A stretch of DNA of 35,478 bases from Chrysiogenales bacterium (GTDB taxonomy: Bacteria; Acidobacteriota; Aminicenantia; UBA2199), in contig SPCN01000001.1 in NCBI GenBank assembly GCA_004525465.1, positions 1 through 35,478 of the forward strand. The letters run 5' to 3'. Positions within the stretch are counted from its first letter, which is position 1; every line of letters starts with the position of its first letter. The translations under genes were made by a program, and so were the position numbers. Under the pieces are notes generated by a model. The model did no database searches and had not been told where the DNA came from. It was given only the letters and a program-made list of their open reading frames with translations. Shown piece by piece: positions 14,093 through 22,709 of this stretch.

Positions 14093-16816
14093 ATGTCGGA
14101 AACGGTAATTATTAATATTGACGGCAAGGAGATCAAGGCGGCCAAGGAAGCCAACCTGCTGCAAGTGGCCCGGGACAACGGCTTTGATATTCCCGGTTTG
14201 TGTTTTTACGAAAAAGTGACCGCCAGCGGCGATTGCCGGTTGTGCGTGGTGAAAATAGAAGGAAGGCCGGGCATGGTCCCCGCCTGCCTGGTCAAGGTCG
14301 AGGCGGGCATGAAAGTCACGGCTTTTGATACGCAGCTGGAAGAAACGCGCAGAATGCTGGCCGACCTGCTGCTCTCCGAACACAATGACGACTGCATCAC
14401 CTGCGAGCGCGACGGCGACTGCGGCATCCAGGACCTGGCCTTCCGCTACGACCTCGACACGCCCAAGCGCACTTTCGCTGCAGTCTGGAAGGAGATTCCC
14501 CAGGCCCCGGATGCTTCGGCGCCGGTGCTGTTCTATGATTCATCCAAGTGCATCAAGTGCGAACGCTGCGTCAAGGCCTGCTTCGAGATCCAGGGTAAAG
14601 GTGTTTTGAGTATGGCCCAGCGCGGTATTCATAGCCATGTCGTGGCCGGAACCGGCCAGTGGTCGGGATCGGAATGCGACGGCTGCGGTGACTGCGTGCA
14701 GGCCTGCCCGGTCGGAGCCCTGATGGAAAAGCCGGTCTACGGCCAGAAACTTAAGAAAAAGGATGTGCAGAATAAAGTGGTTACCACCTGCCCTTATTGC
14801 GGTGTCGGCTGCCAGCTTGAACTCTGGATCAAGGACGAGAAAATCGTCAAGGTCAAGGGGGCGGACTCGGTGCCCAACTACGGCGCCGCCTGCGTCAAGG
14901 GCCGTTTCGGCCTGGATTTCGTCCAGCGCCCCGACCGCTTGACCAAGCCCTTGGTGCGCAAGGAAGGCAAACTTGTCGAATGCTCCTGGGACGAAGCCCT
15001 GGACACGGTGGCCAATAAGCTTGGCGCCATCAAGAAAGAGCACGGGCCTGCCGCCCTGGCCGGCCTCTCTTCGGCCAAGTGCACCAACGAGGAAAATTTT
15101 GTTTTTCAGAAATTCGTGCGCACCGCCTTCGGTTCCAACAATGTCGATCACTGCGCCCGTTTGTGCCACGCCTCGACCGTGGCCGGCCTGGCCCGCACTT
15201 TCGGCTCCGGCGCCATGACCAATTCCATTGAGGAGCTTGAGCGGGCAGAGGTCATCCTGGTTACCGGCTCCAACACCACCGAGACCCACCCGGTCATCGC
15301 CACGCGCATCAAGAAGGCAGTCCTTTTTCACGGCGCCAAGCTGATCGTGATCGATCCGCGTAAAATAGAGCTGGTCAAATACACCGAAAAATACGGCGGC
15401 CTGTGGCTGCGCCAGAAAAACGGCAGCGACGTGGCCTGGGCCAACGGCATGATGCAGGTGATCATCAGTGAAGGGCTGCTCAATGAGGAATTCATAAAAA
15501 CTCGCACCGAGGATTTTGAGGCTCTAAAAAAAATGGTCGAGGGTTTCACTCCGGAAAAAGTGGAAAAAATCAGTGGCATTCCCGCCAAACAACTGCAGGC
15601 GGCGGCTCGTTTGTACGCCAAGGCCAAGAGCGGTTCCATTGTCTATTCCATGGGCATTACTCAGCACACCACCGGCACCGACAATGTCATGTCCATGGCC
15701 AACCTGGCCATGGTCACCGGCAATGTGGGCCGCGAGTCGGTGGGGGTCAACCCCTTGCGCGGCCAGAACAACGTGCAGGGGGCCTGCGACTTGGGTGCTT
15801 TGCCCAATGTCTATCCCGGCTACCAGGCCGTTACCGATGCCGCTATCAGGGAGAAATTTGAAAAAGCCTGGGGAGTCAAGCTCGACGACAAAGTAGGTTT
15901 GACCGTAGTGGAAATCATGCACGCTGCAGCGGAAGGCAAGATTAAGGGCTTGTACATCATGGGCGAGAACCCGATGGTGTCGGATCCCGACCTCAACCAT
16001 GTCAAGCTGGCCCTGGAGAAACTCGATTTCCTGGTGGTCCAGGACATCTTCCTGACCGAGACCGCCCAACTGGCCGATGTGGTGCTGCCGGTGGCATCGT
16101 TTGCCGAAAAGCAGGGCACCTTCACCAATACCGAACGCCGGGTGCTGTGGGTGGAAAAAGCCGTTGCAGCTCCGGGCCAAGCGCGCATCGACTGGGAGGT
16201 CATCCGCGACGTGAGCACGCGCATGGGCTATGCCATGGATTACAAGTGCCTGGAAGACATCGTTAACGAGGTTAACCGCCTGGTGCCGCAATATGCCGGT
16301 ATCACCTATCAGCGCCTGCTCAACGGCGAAAAACTGCAATGGCCCTGTCCCAATCCCGAGCACCCGGGGACGAAATTCCTGCATCGCGACAAATTCAGCC
16401 GCGGCCTGGGCAAGTTCTTCGCCATCGATTACATCCCGCCGGCCGAATGGCCCGACGCCGAATATCCTTTCCTGCTGTCTACCGGGCGCATCCTGTACCA
16501 TTACCATACCGGTTCCATGAGCCGGCGCACCGTGGCCCTGCCGCAGTACGTCGCCGGCCCGTACATGGAAATGCACGCCCAGGACATGAAAAAAATGGCT
16601 ATCGTTGACGGCGAGGAAGTGCGGGTGGCGTCGCGGCGCGGCGAGATCAGGATCCCGGCCCAAGAAAGTCCTCGCGTTGACTTGGGTTCGGTGTTTATCC
16701 CTTTCCATTTCGCCGAGGCAGCGGCCAACGTGCTGACCAACGACGCCTTCGACCCGATCGCCAAGATACCCGAGTTCAAAGTGGCAGCCTGCCAAATAGA
16801 AAAAATTAAATCATAA
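14093..16816 (+). CDS. fdhA: Formate dehydrogenase catalytic subunit, NuoG-like N-terminus + Mo/W-bis-PGD domain (FdsA/FdhA type), Cys at the Sec position
   Basis: [2Fe-2S] CFYEKVTASGDCRLC; His-ligated cluster HNDDCITCERDGDC; 2x[4Fe-4S] CIKCERCVKAC and CDGCGDCVQACP; MopB cluster TTCPYCGVGCQ; active site NVDHCARLCHAST (Cys codon 15164-15166). AAAGGAGG RBS. Confidence 0.9.
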   Translation: MSETVIINIDGKEIKAAKEANLLQVARDNGFDIPGLCFYEKVTASGDCRLCVVKIEGRPGMVPACLVKVEAGMKVTAFDTQLEETRRMLADLLLSEHNDDCITCERDGDCGIQDLAFRYDLDTPKRTFAAVWKEIPQAPDASAPVLFYDSSKCIKCERCVKACFEIQGKGVLSMAQRGIHSHVVAGTGQWSGSECDGCGDCVQACPVGALMEKPVYGQKLKKKDVQNKVVTTCPYCGVGCQLELWIKDEKIVKVKGADSVPNYGAACVKGRFGLDFVQRPDRLTKPLVRKEGKLVECSWDEALDTVANKLGAIKKEHGPAALAGLSSAKCTNEENFVFQKFVRTAFGSNNVDHCARLCHASTVAGLARTFGSGAMTNSIEELERAEVILVTGSNTTETHPVIATRIKKAVLFHGAKLIVIDPRKIELVKYTEKYGGLWLRQKNGSDVAWANGMMQVIISEGLLNEEFIKTRTEDFEALKKMVEGFTPEKVEKISGIPAKQLQAAARLYAKAKSGSIVYSMGITQHTTGTDNVMSMANLAMVTGNVGRESVGVNPLRGQNNVQGACDLGALPNVYPGYQAVTDAAIREKFEKAWGVKLDDKVGLTVVEIMHAAAEGKIKGLYIMGENPMVSDPDLNHVKLALEKLDFLVVQDIFLTETAQLADVVLPVASFAEKQGTFTNTERRVLWVEKAVAAPGQARIDWEVIRDVSTRMGYAMDYKCLEDIVNEVNRLVPQYAGITYQRLLNGEKLQWPCPNPEHPGTKFLHRDKFSRGLGKFFAIDYIPPAEWPDAEYPFLLSTGRILYHYHTGSMSRRTVALPQYVAGPYMEMHAQDMKKMAIVDGEEVRVASRRGEIRIPAQESPRVDLGSVFIPFHFAEAAANVLTNDAFDPIAKIPEFKVAACQIEKIKS

Positions 16817-16831
16817 AAAGGAGAATGTAAA

Positions 16832-17686
16832 ATGGAGTACGACTGCAAATCCCCGGCCATGGTGGCCGCGGACCTGAATGAGAACATTTGCGTCAAGAAA
16901 ACCACGAACAATGCGTTCAAACTGCTGGTGCTGGGCATCCTGGCCGGCGCCTACATTGGTTTCGGCGGCGAACTGTCGAATATGATCGGCCATGACGCGG
17001 CCAAGTTCGTCGGCGCCGGCCTGGCCGCCTTCATCAAAGGCGCGGTGTTTTCCACCGGCCTGATGCTGGTCGTCATTGCCGGGGCGGAGCTGTTCACCGG
17101 CAACACCCTGATCACCATTTCGGTGCTGGACGGTAAATCCAAGTTCAGCGGCCTGCTGTACAACTGGTCGGTCATCTACGTGGCCAACCTGATCGGCTCG
17201 CTGTTGATAGCCTACCTGATGTTCGGCAGCGGCCTTTTGGAAGGCGCCAACGTGGCTGTCGGCGCCGCCGCCTTGAAGACAGCCGCCGGCAAGGTCGGGC
17301 TGGCCTTCTGGCCGGCTTTTTTCCGCGGCATTCTCTGCAACTGGCTGGTCTGCCTGGCGGTGTGGATGGCGCTGGCTTCGCGCAATACCATCGGCAAGGT
17401 CTGGGCCATCTTCTTTCCGATCATGGCCTTCGTGGCCTCAGGCTTCGAGCATAGCGTCGCCAACATGTATTTCATCCCCGTCGGCATGCTGCTCAAAGGG
17501 GTTAACGAAGTGGTGGCGGCCGCGAGCGCTGCCGGCTTGTCTGCCGAATCCCTGGCCAATGTCGGCTGGTACGGCTTCCTGGTCAGGAACCTGGTGCCGG
17601 TCACCCTGGGCAACATCGTCGGCGGCGGCTTCTTTGTGGCCACCCTGTATTGGTTCACCTATATCCGCAAGGGCAAAAAAGCCTAA
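16832..17686 (+). CDS. focA: Formate/nitrite transporter family channel (FocA-like)
   Basis: 284 aa, about 6 TM. Contains ELFTGN, GFEHSVANMYF and ILCNWLVCLAVW, which are characteristic FNT motifs. AAAGGAGA RBS; 15 nt after the fdhA stop. Confidence 0.85.
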   Translation: MEYDCKSPAMVAADLNENICVKKTTNNAFKLLVLGILAGAYIGFGGELSNMIGHDAAKFVGAGLAAFIKGAVFSTGLMLVVIAGAELFTGNTLITISVLDGKSKFSGLLYNWSVIYVANLIGSLLIAYLMFGSGLLEGANVAVGAAALKTAAGKVGLAFWPAFFRGILCNWLVCLAVWMALASRNTIGKVWAIFFPIMAFVASGFEHSVANMYFIPVGMLLKGVNEVVAAASAAGLSAESLANVGWYGFLVRNLVPVTLGNIVGGGFFVATLYWFTYIRKGKKA

Positions 17687-17720
17687 ATCAGGGCACGACA
17701 ACCCGGGAGGCGGAGACATT

Positions 17721-17740
17721 GGGCACGGCACGCCGTGCCC
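17721..17740 (+). terminator. REP-like hairpin R2 (possible operon terminator/RNA stabiliser)
   Basis: GGGCACGGC ac GCCGTGCCC followed by CTAC. It lies 35 nt after the focA stop and has no U-tract. Confidence 0.4.
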
Positions 17741-17799
17741 CTACAAAACGGCAAGTTTTCCGATTTGCATGTTGATTGGCGAAAGACATATTCTGGAAT

Positions 17800-17822
17800 A
17801 GGGGCGGGGTTTCCTCGCCCCT
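17800..17822 (+). terminator. REP-like hairpin R3
   Basis: AGGGGCGGGG ttt CCTCGCCCCT (7 GC-rich bp plus G.U and 2 further bp), followed by GCTTTCC. The left half TAGGGGCG is shared with R1. It sits exactly at the GC drop. Confidence 0.4.
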
Positions 17823-17859
17823 GCTTTCCATAAATAATTTAACAATTTCAAGGAATTAG

Positions 17860-17887
17860 TTGACAAAATGATAAATTGATTTATAAT
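17860..17887 (+). promoter_or_regulatory. Near-consensus sigma70 promoter with embedded palindrome (possible TetR operator)
   Basis: TTGACA (17860-17865), 16 nt, TATAAT (17882-17887). The palindrome ATAAAT-tg-ATTTAT (17871-17884) overlaps the -10. It lies 33 nt upstream of the TetR gene. Confidence 0.5.
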
Positions 17888-17919
17888 TAATAGTGAGCGT
17901 TAACTAACAATAGGATAAA

Positions 17920-18519
17920 ATGGCGCGATTAAACACCGTAGAAAGACAAAAACATATAGTTGAGCAAGCAATAAAAATTATTAATGCCAACGGCTATTCC
18001 TCGCTCTCGATCAGAGAACTCGCCCATAAAGTGAGAATAAGCGAAGCGGCGATTTACAGGCACTTTCTAAACAAAGAAGATATTATTCTTGGCATCCTGA
18101 CACTTTTTTGCGGTTTTGATAAGCAGTTGAATCAGGAAATCGCGCTTCTTCATAATCCTTTGGAAAAACTGAAACACTTCATGCTGTTTCATTTTACATA
18201 TTTGGAAAAACATGTGGCCATGACCTCGGTCATATTCTCTGAGGATATATTCAACCAAAGCGAGATTCTAAAAAAGAAAATGCAGTCTATCATTAAAAAT
18301 AGAAAGAAGGCTCTATTTGACATTGTCAGCGCCATAAAATCGGAAAATTGCATATCGGAAATGGATGTCGAAGAATTTGTTGTGATAATTTTAGGCTATA
18401 TAAGACTTATAGTATTGGAATGGAGATTAAGTAACTATGCTTTTTCCCTAAAAGCCAGAGGAAATAAGGCCATAAAGTTTGTAAAAACAATTCTGCCGAA
18501 AAAAATTAAAAGTATTTAA
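17920..18519 (+). CDS. TetR/AcrR-family transcriptional regulator
   Basis: N-terminal HTH: IVEQAIKIINANGYSSLSIRELAHKVRISEAAIYRHFLNKEDI. Confidence 0.9.
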   Translation: MARLNTVERQKHIVEQAIKIINANGYSSLSIRELAHKVRISEAAIYRHFLNKEDIILGILTLFCGFDKQLNQEIALLHNPLEKLKHFMLFHFTYLEKHVAMTSVIFSEDIFNQSEILKKKMQSIIKNRKKALFDIVSAIKSENCISEMDVEEFVVIILGYIRLIVLEWRLSNYAFSLKARGNKAIKFVKTILPKKIKSI

Positions 18520-18535
18520 ATGAGAGGTAAATAAA

Positions 18536-19501
18536 GTGAAATCAATTAAAGGACTTGTAATGGCACTTCTTGCGCTGCTGCTTTACTCATGCTCCACCGG
18601 GGGAGACAAAGCTGTCATTCAGGCAAGCGGCACAATAGAATCAACAAATGTTACTATCAGTGCAAAAAATGCCGGGGAAATAAAATCCATTATTGCCGCT
18701 GAAGGCGAACAGGTCAATGCCGGCGCTACAATTCTCATAATTGACCACGAAGTGCTGGGCTTCCAGCTTGAACAGGCCGCGGCGTCGGAACAAATAAGCG
18801 AGGCACAACTTAAATTGCTGCTTAAAGGCGCGAGATCCGAGGATATAAAGCAAGCTGAAGAAATGATGAAGCAAACCGAGATTAATTTTAATCTGACAAA
18901 AAGCGATTTTGCAAGATACAGCAAGTTGTGGGACAGTAAATCAATAACCCGGAAGCAATATGAAGATATATCTGCCCGCTATCAGGTAGCAATTGCTCAA
19001 TTCTCATCTGCAAAAGAAAATTATATGAAAGTGAGAAAAATAATCAGACCAGAAGAGATTGATCAAGCCAAAGCCAATTTGCATAAAGCCACAGCATCCG
19101 TCAATCTTTTGAAAAAGCAAATTAAAGACAGCTATGTAATATCACCAATAAATGGTTTTGTAGTTAAAAAGTTTGTGGAAGTCGGCGAAATGGTCGCCCC
19201 AATGTCGTCACTTGTGAAGATAGCAAATCTGGCGAGCGTGAACCTGATTATTTATGTCTCTGAAGTTGAATTGGGAAGGATAAAGCTCGGACAAAAGGCG
19301 GAAATAACCATGGATACTTACCCAGATAAGAAATATGAAGGCAAAGTAACTTACATCTCCCCCGAAGCAGAGTTTACTCCGAAAAATATTCAAACCAAGG
19401 ATGAGCGCACCAAGTTGGTGTTTGCCGTTAAGATTGAAATAGCAAACAAGGATTTTGATCTAAAACCAGGCATGCCCGCTGATGCTGAAATTATATTATA
19501 A
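18536..19501 (+). CDS. HlyD/YbhG-like periplasmic adaptor lipoprotein
   Basis: GTG start after GAGAGG. Lipobox LLLYSC. Barrel-sandwich/coiled-coil pattern: ASGTIESTNVTISAKNAGEI, a long Q/E/K-rich coiled coil, then ISPINGFVVKK ... GMPADAEI. Confidence 0.85.
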   Translation: MKSIKGLVMALLALLLYSCSTGGDKAVIQASGTIESTNVTISAKNAGEIKSIIAAEGEQVNAGATILIIDHEVLGFQLEQAAASEQISEAQLKLLLKGARSEDIKQAEEMMKQTEINFNLTKSDFARYSKLWDSKSITRKQYEDISARYQVAIAQFSSAKENYMKVRKIIRPEEIDQAKANLHKATASVNLLKKQIKDSYVISPINGFVVKKFVEVGEMVAPMSSLVKIANLASVNLIIYVSEVELGRIKLGQKAEITMDTYPDKKYEGKVTYISPEAEFTPKNIQTKDERTKLVFAVKIEIANKDFDLKPGMPADAEIIL

Positions 19502-19517
19502 AAATATAGAGTAAACA

Positions 19518-20453
19518 TTGGCAGAAGCAATAAAAATAATTGATTTGAAAAAGAGTTATGGTTCAGTATTGGCCGTTGCCGGCGTAAACTATCATGTGAA
19601 CCGTGGTGAAATGTTCGGATTAATCGGACCGGACGGCGCCGGAAAAACAACGACCATTAGAATGCTGGTCGGCTTACTTGTACCGGAAAGCGGTTCGGCA
19701 GAAGTTTTGGGATTTGATCTGTTATCTCAAAAGAATTTAATAAAAAACGAAATCGGTTATCTTTCGCAAAAATTTTCACTTTATGGTGATTTAACCATTG
19801 ATGAGAACGTTGAATTCTTTGCGGACATTCATGGCGTAAAGCATTTTGCAGAACGAAGAAACGAACTGCTCGAGTTTACTAGACTTACGCCATTCAGGGA
19901 CAGGCTTGCCGACAAACTTTCCGGCGGCATGAAACAAAAACTTGCCCTGGCTTGCACATTAATTCATAAGCCGAAAATAATTTTTCTTGATGAGCCGACC
20001 ACAGGTGTTGATCCGGTTTCACGGAGAGATTTCTGGAAGATTCTATCAAACCTTTTAAAAGAAGGAATTACAATATTTATGTCCACTCCTTACCTGGACG
20101 AAGCTGAAAGATGTAACAGAGTGGCACTGATGGACAAAGGGAAAATACTCAGCTGCGATACGCCGAAAAATGTAAAAGACTCTATGAATCTGCAAATACT
20201 GGAGCTAGTCTGCACACCAGTGCGAACGGCGTATAACCTCATTAAATCAACAACGGATTTTGAAGTGCAAATGTATGGCGACAGACTAAATATCGCAGTA
20301 TCTGAATATGAGAAAGATTATGCTCTTATTAGTAAATTGTTTTTAGAAAACTCAATTGTGGAAATAAGCAAAAGAATGATCACGCCCACATTGGAAAATG
20401 TATTTATCCATTATATGGGCAAGAAAGCCGATGCAAATTTAAAAGGAAATTAA
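19518..20453 (+). CDS. ABC transporter ATP-binding protein (1 of 2)
   Basis: Walker A GPDGAGKTT, signature LSGGMKQK, Walker B IIFLDEPTTGVD. TTG start as in the track (uncertain). Confidence 0.85.
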   Translation: MAEAIKIIDLKKSYGSVLAVAGVNYHVNRGEMFGLIGPDGAGKTTTIRMLVGLLVPESGSAEVLGFDLLSQKNLIKNEIGYLSQKFSLYGDLTIDENVEFFADIHGVKHFAERRNELLEFTRLTPFRDRLADKLSGGMKQKLALACTLIHKPKIIFLDEPTTGVDPVSRRDFWKILSNLLKEGITIFMSTPYLDEAERCNRVALMDKGKILSCDTPKNVKDSMNLQILELVCTPVRTAYNLIKSTTDFEVQMYGDRLNIAVSEYEKDYALISKLFLENSIVEISKRMITPTLENVFIHYMGKKADANLKGN

Positions 20454-20454
20454 A

Positions 20455-21768
20455 ATGAAAAAGTTATTAATTGTTATTTTTATGGCGAATTCGTTGTTGG
20501 CCCAGGAGAAAATCCTGAGTCTTAAAGAAAGTTTGGCAATAGGATTGCATAACAGCAGGGATCTCAAAAACTATAATTCCAAAATTAATTATGCAGAATC
20601 TAAACTGACAGAAATAAGCAGTCAATTCTTGCCGCAATTCAAATTGTTCGGAAATTACACAAGACTAAGTGATAATATTCCCCCTTTTGAAGTAACCATG
20701 CCTTTTGTTCCGAATCCGATCAGAATTTCCGAAGCGCTACTGAACAACTACATCTTCAAGCTCGGTTTCAGCCAGCCGCTTTTTACCGGCGGCAAATTAC
20801 TTTCGTTAAAAAAATCTGCGAAATTAAACTTACTGGCTTCAGAAAAAGATTACGCCAAAGAGGAAAATGAAGCTGCATTTGCCATTTACAGCACTTATTG
20901 GAATTATTATAAAGCCGCTGAGATCAATAAATTAGTTAGGCAAAGTCTTCAACAGATGGCAGAACATCTAAAGAATACAAAAAGTTTTTATGAGAACGGA
21001 CTGCTGGCCAAGAATGATCTGTTGAAACTGGAAGTTCAATATGCCAACACGCAACTTTTACTCATTGAAGCGGAAAATAATTTAGAGTTTGCCAGAATCA
21101 CTTTTAATAAGGCTATTGGAATCGATCTAACTTCAGCGACCAGAGTTGCTGCCAGCGAACCAGCGGTTAATAGTGATGAGTATCAAATTGCCGATATTAT
21201 CAGCGAGGCCACCGCCAATCGCCAGGAGTTGAAATCATTGTTTTACCGTGTTGAGGCAAGCAGGAAAAGCGTAAGCGCCGCCAAAGCCAATCGGCTTCCG
21301 GCAGTTTATTTAAGCGGAAATTATAATTACGGTAATCCAAATCCAAGATTTCAACCGGCCAGGAATGAATTTAATTCCAACTGGGATTTGGCTGTAACAT
21401 TCAGCTGGGACATTTGGAACTGGGGTTTGACGCAATCTCAAGTTTCGCAAGCAGTACAAACTGAAGTTCAACTTGAAACCAATCTCGAGCAGCTCAAAGA
21501 AAACATTCAATTGGAAGTGTATGCAAACTACCTTAATCTAAAAAAGAACGAATCAAGAGTAAACGTAAGCAAGGTGACACTAAATCATGCGCTTGAAAAT
21601 TACCGCATTACTTCTGAAAAATATAACATGCAGTTGGCAACCAGTACGGATTTAATTGATGCAGAAACTTTAAAATTGCAGGCCGAAACAAATCTGAAAA
21701 CAGCGGAAGTTGATTCTCGGGTCGCCCAAGTAAAATTGGAAAAATCTTTGGGAAGGGTTATTTATTAA
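20455..21768 (+). CDS. TolC-like outer membrane efflux protein (OEP family)
   Basis: Signal peptide MKKLLIVIFMANSLLAQE. Two repeated halves show the alpha-helical/beta pattern typical of outer membrane factors (LSLKESLAIGLHNS...; RQELKSL...). The gene sits between the two ATPase genes. Confidence 0.8.
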   Translation: MKKLLIVIFMANSLLAQEKILSLKESLAIGLHNSRDLKNYNSKINYAESKLTEISSQFLPQFKLFGNYTRLSDNIPPFEVTMPFVPNPIRISEALLNNYIFKLGFSQPLFTGGKLLSLKKSAKLNLLASEKDYAKEENEAAFAIYSTYWNYYKAAEINKLVRQSLQQMAEHLKNTKSFYENGLLAKNDLLKLEVQYANTQLLLIEAENNLEFARITFNKAIGIDLTSATRVAASEPAVNSDEYQIADIISEATANRQELKSLFYRVEASRKSVSAAKANRLPAVYLSGNYNYGNPNPRFQPARNEFNSNWDLAVTFSWDIWNWGLTQSQVSQAVQTEVQLETNLEQLKENIQLEVYANYLNLKKNESRVNVSKVTLNHALENYRITSEKYNMQLATSTDLIDAETLKLQAETNLKTAEVDSRVAQVKLEKSLGRVIY

Positions 21769-22709
21769 TGAATGCCATAGAAGTAAGTCATCTGACCAAG
21801 AGCTTTGGAAAATTTACCGCGGTAGATCAAATCTCATTCAATGTCAGGCCCGGCGAGATATTTGGTTTCCTGGGTGCTAATGGAGCCGGCAAATCCACTA
21901 CAATAAGAATGCTGATCGGAATATTGGAACCGACATCCGGCAATGCGTTCGTCAGTGGCTTTAGTATTAAAAAAGAAGCAAACTTGGTGAAAAAAAACAT
22001 AGGCTATATGTCGCAAAAATTCTCTCTTTATAACGATTTGACCGTTGCCGAAAACATCAGATTCTTTGCCGGAGTGTACGGATTGGGCGGAAGGAAATAT
22101 GAGGATAGAAAAAAATGGGTGTTGAAAGTGGCCAATCTTGAGAACATGGAAAATGTCATAACCGGCTCTTTGCCGGGAGGAATCAAGCAACGCTTGGCTT
22201 TGGGCACCGCGGTTATTCATGAACCAAAGATTGTGTTCCTTGACGAACCGACAAGCGGAGTCGATCCGATCTCGCGCAGAAATTTTTGGGATTTGATTAA
22301 CGACCTTTCAGGAGGCGGAACTACGGTTCTTGTTACAACTCACTATTTGGATGAAGCAGAATTTTGCAATGATATTGTTTTTATCAATTCCGGCAGGCTG
22401 ATTGCCCAGGGAAATTCTGAAGAACTCAAAACAAATTACATAAAGAACCCAATACTTGAAATAGAAAGTGACCGGGTAATTGACAGCTTGGAAATATTAG
22501 AGAAAGAAAAATGGGTTGGCGAGACTTCAATCTTCGGTAACTATATCCACGTTATTTTGAACGACAGCACTATCAATGAAAAGCACATATATGAATTGTT
22601 GAGAGACAAAAACGGAATACCCGTAAAGCGTGTAGAAAAAATAACTCCAACGCTTGAAGATGTATTCATTCATTTAATTGAAAAGGACAACAGGATAAAT
22701 GTTCAATAG
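21768..22709 (+). CDS. ABC transporter ATP-binding protein (2 of 2)
   Basis: Walker A GANGAGKST, signature LPGGIKQR, Walker B IVFLDEPTSGVD. TAATG overlap with the TolC-like gene. Confidence 0.9.
   Translation: MNAIEVSHLTKSFGKFTAVDQISFNVRPGEIFGFLGANGAGKSTTIRMLIGILEPTSGNAFVSGFSIKKEANLVKKNIGYMSQKFSLYNDLTVAENIRFFAGVYGLGGRKYEDRKKWVLKVANLENMENVITGSLPGGIKQRLALGTAVIHEPKIVFLDEPTSGVDPISRRNFWDLINDLSGGGTTVLVTTHYLDEAEFCNDIVFINSGRLIAQGNSEELKTNYIKNPILEIESDRVIDSLEILEKEKWVGETSIFGNYIHVILNDSTINEKHIYELLRDKNGIPVKRVEKITPTLEDVFIHLIEKDNRINVQ

Noticed and set aside
9297-16795. Long antisense ORFs inside the FDH operon (9297-9932, 9641-10159, 10554-11117, 11478-11945, 12420-13559, 14540-15331, 15524-16795)
   Set aside because: Each overlaps a strongly supported plus-strand gene (NuoF, GltD or FdhA motifs). 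GC3-rich coding on one strand suppresses stop codons on the other.
14093-16816. Possible selenocysteine recoding, SECIS element or frameshift in fdhA
   Set aside because: The ORF is continuous with no in-frame TGA, and the active-site codon is TGC.
17830-17846. ATAAATAATTTAACAAT at the left island border versus ATAAATAACAAT at 24965-24976: possible att-like direct repeats
   Set aside because: The match is short, gapped and AT-only, in AT-rich DNA, and the right copy overlaps a stop codon. This is insufficient to call target-site duplication, and no integrase is present.
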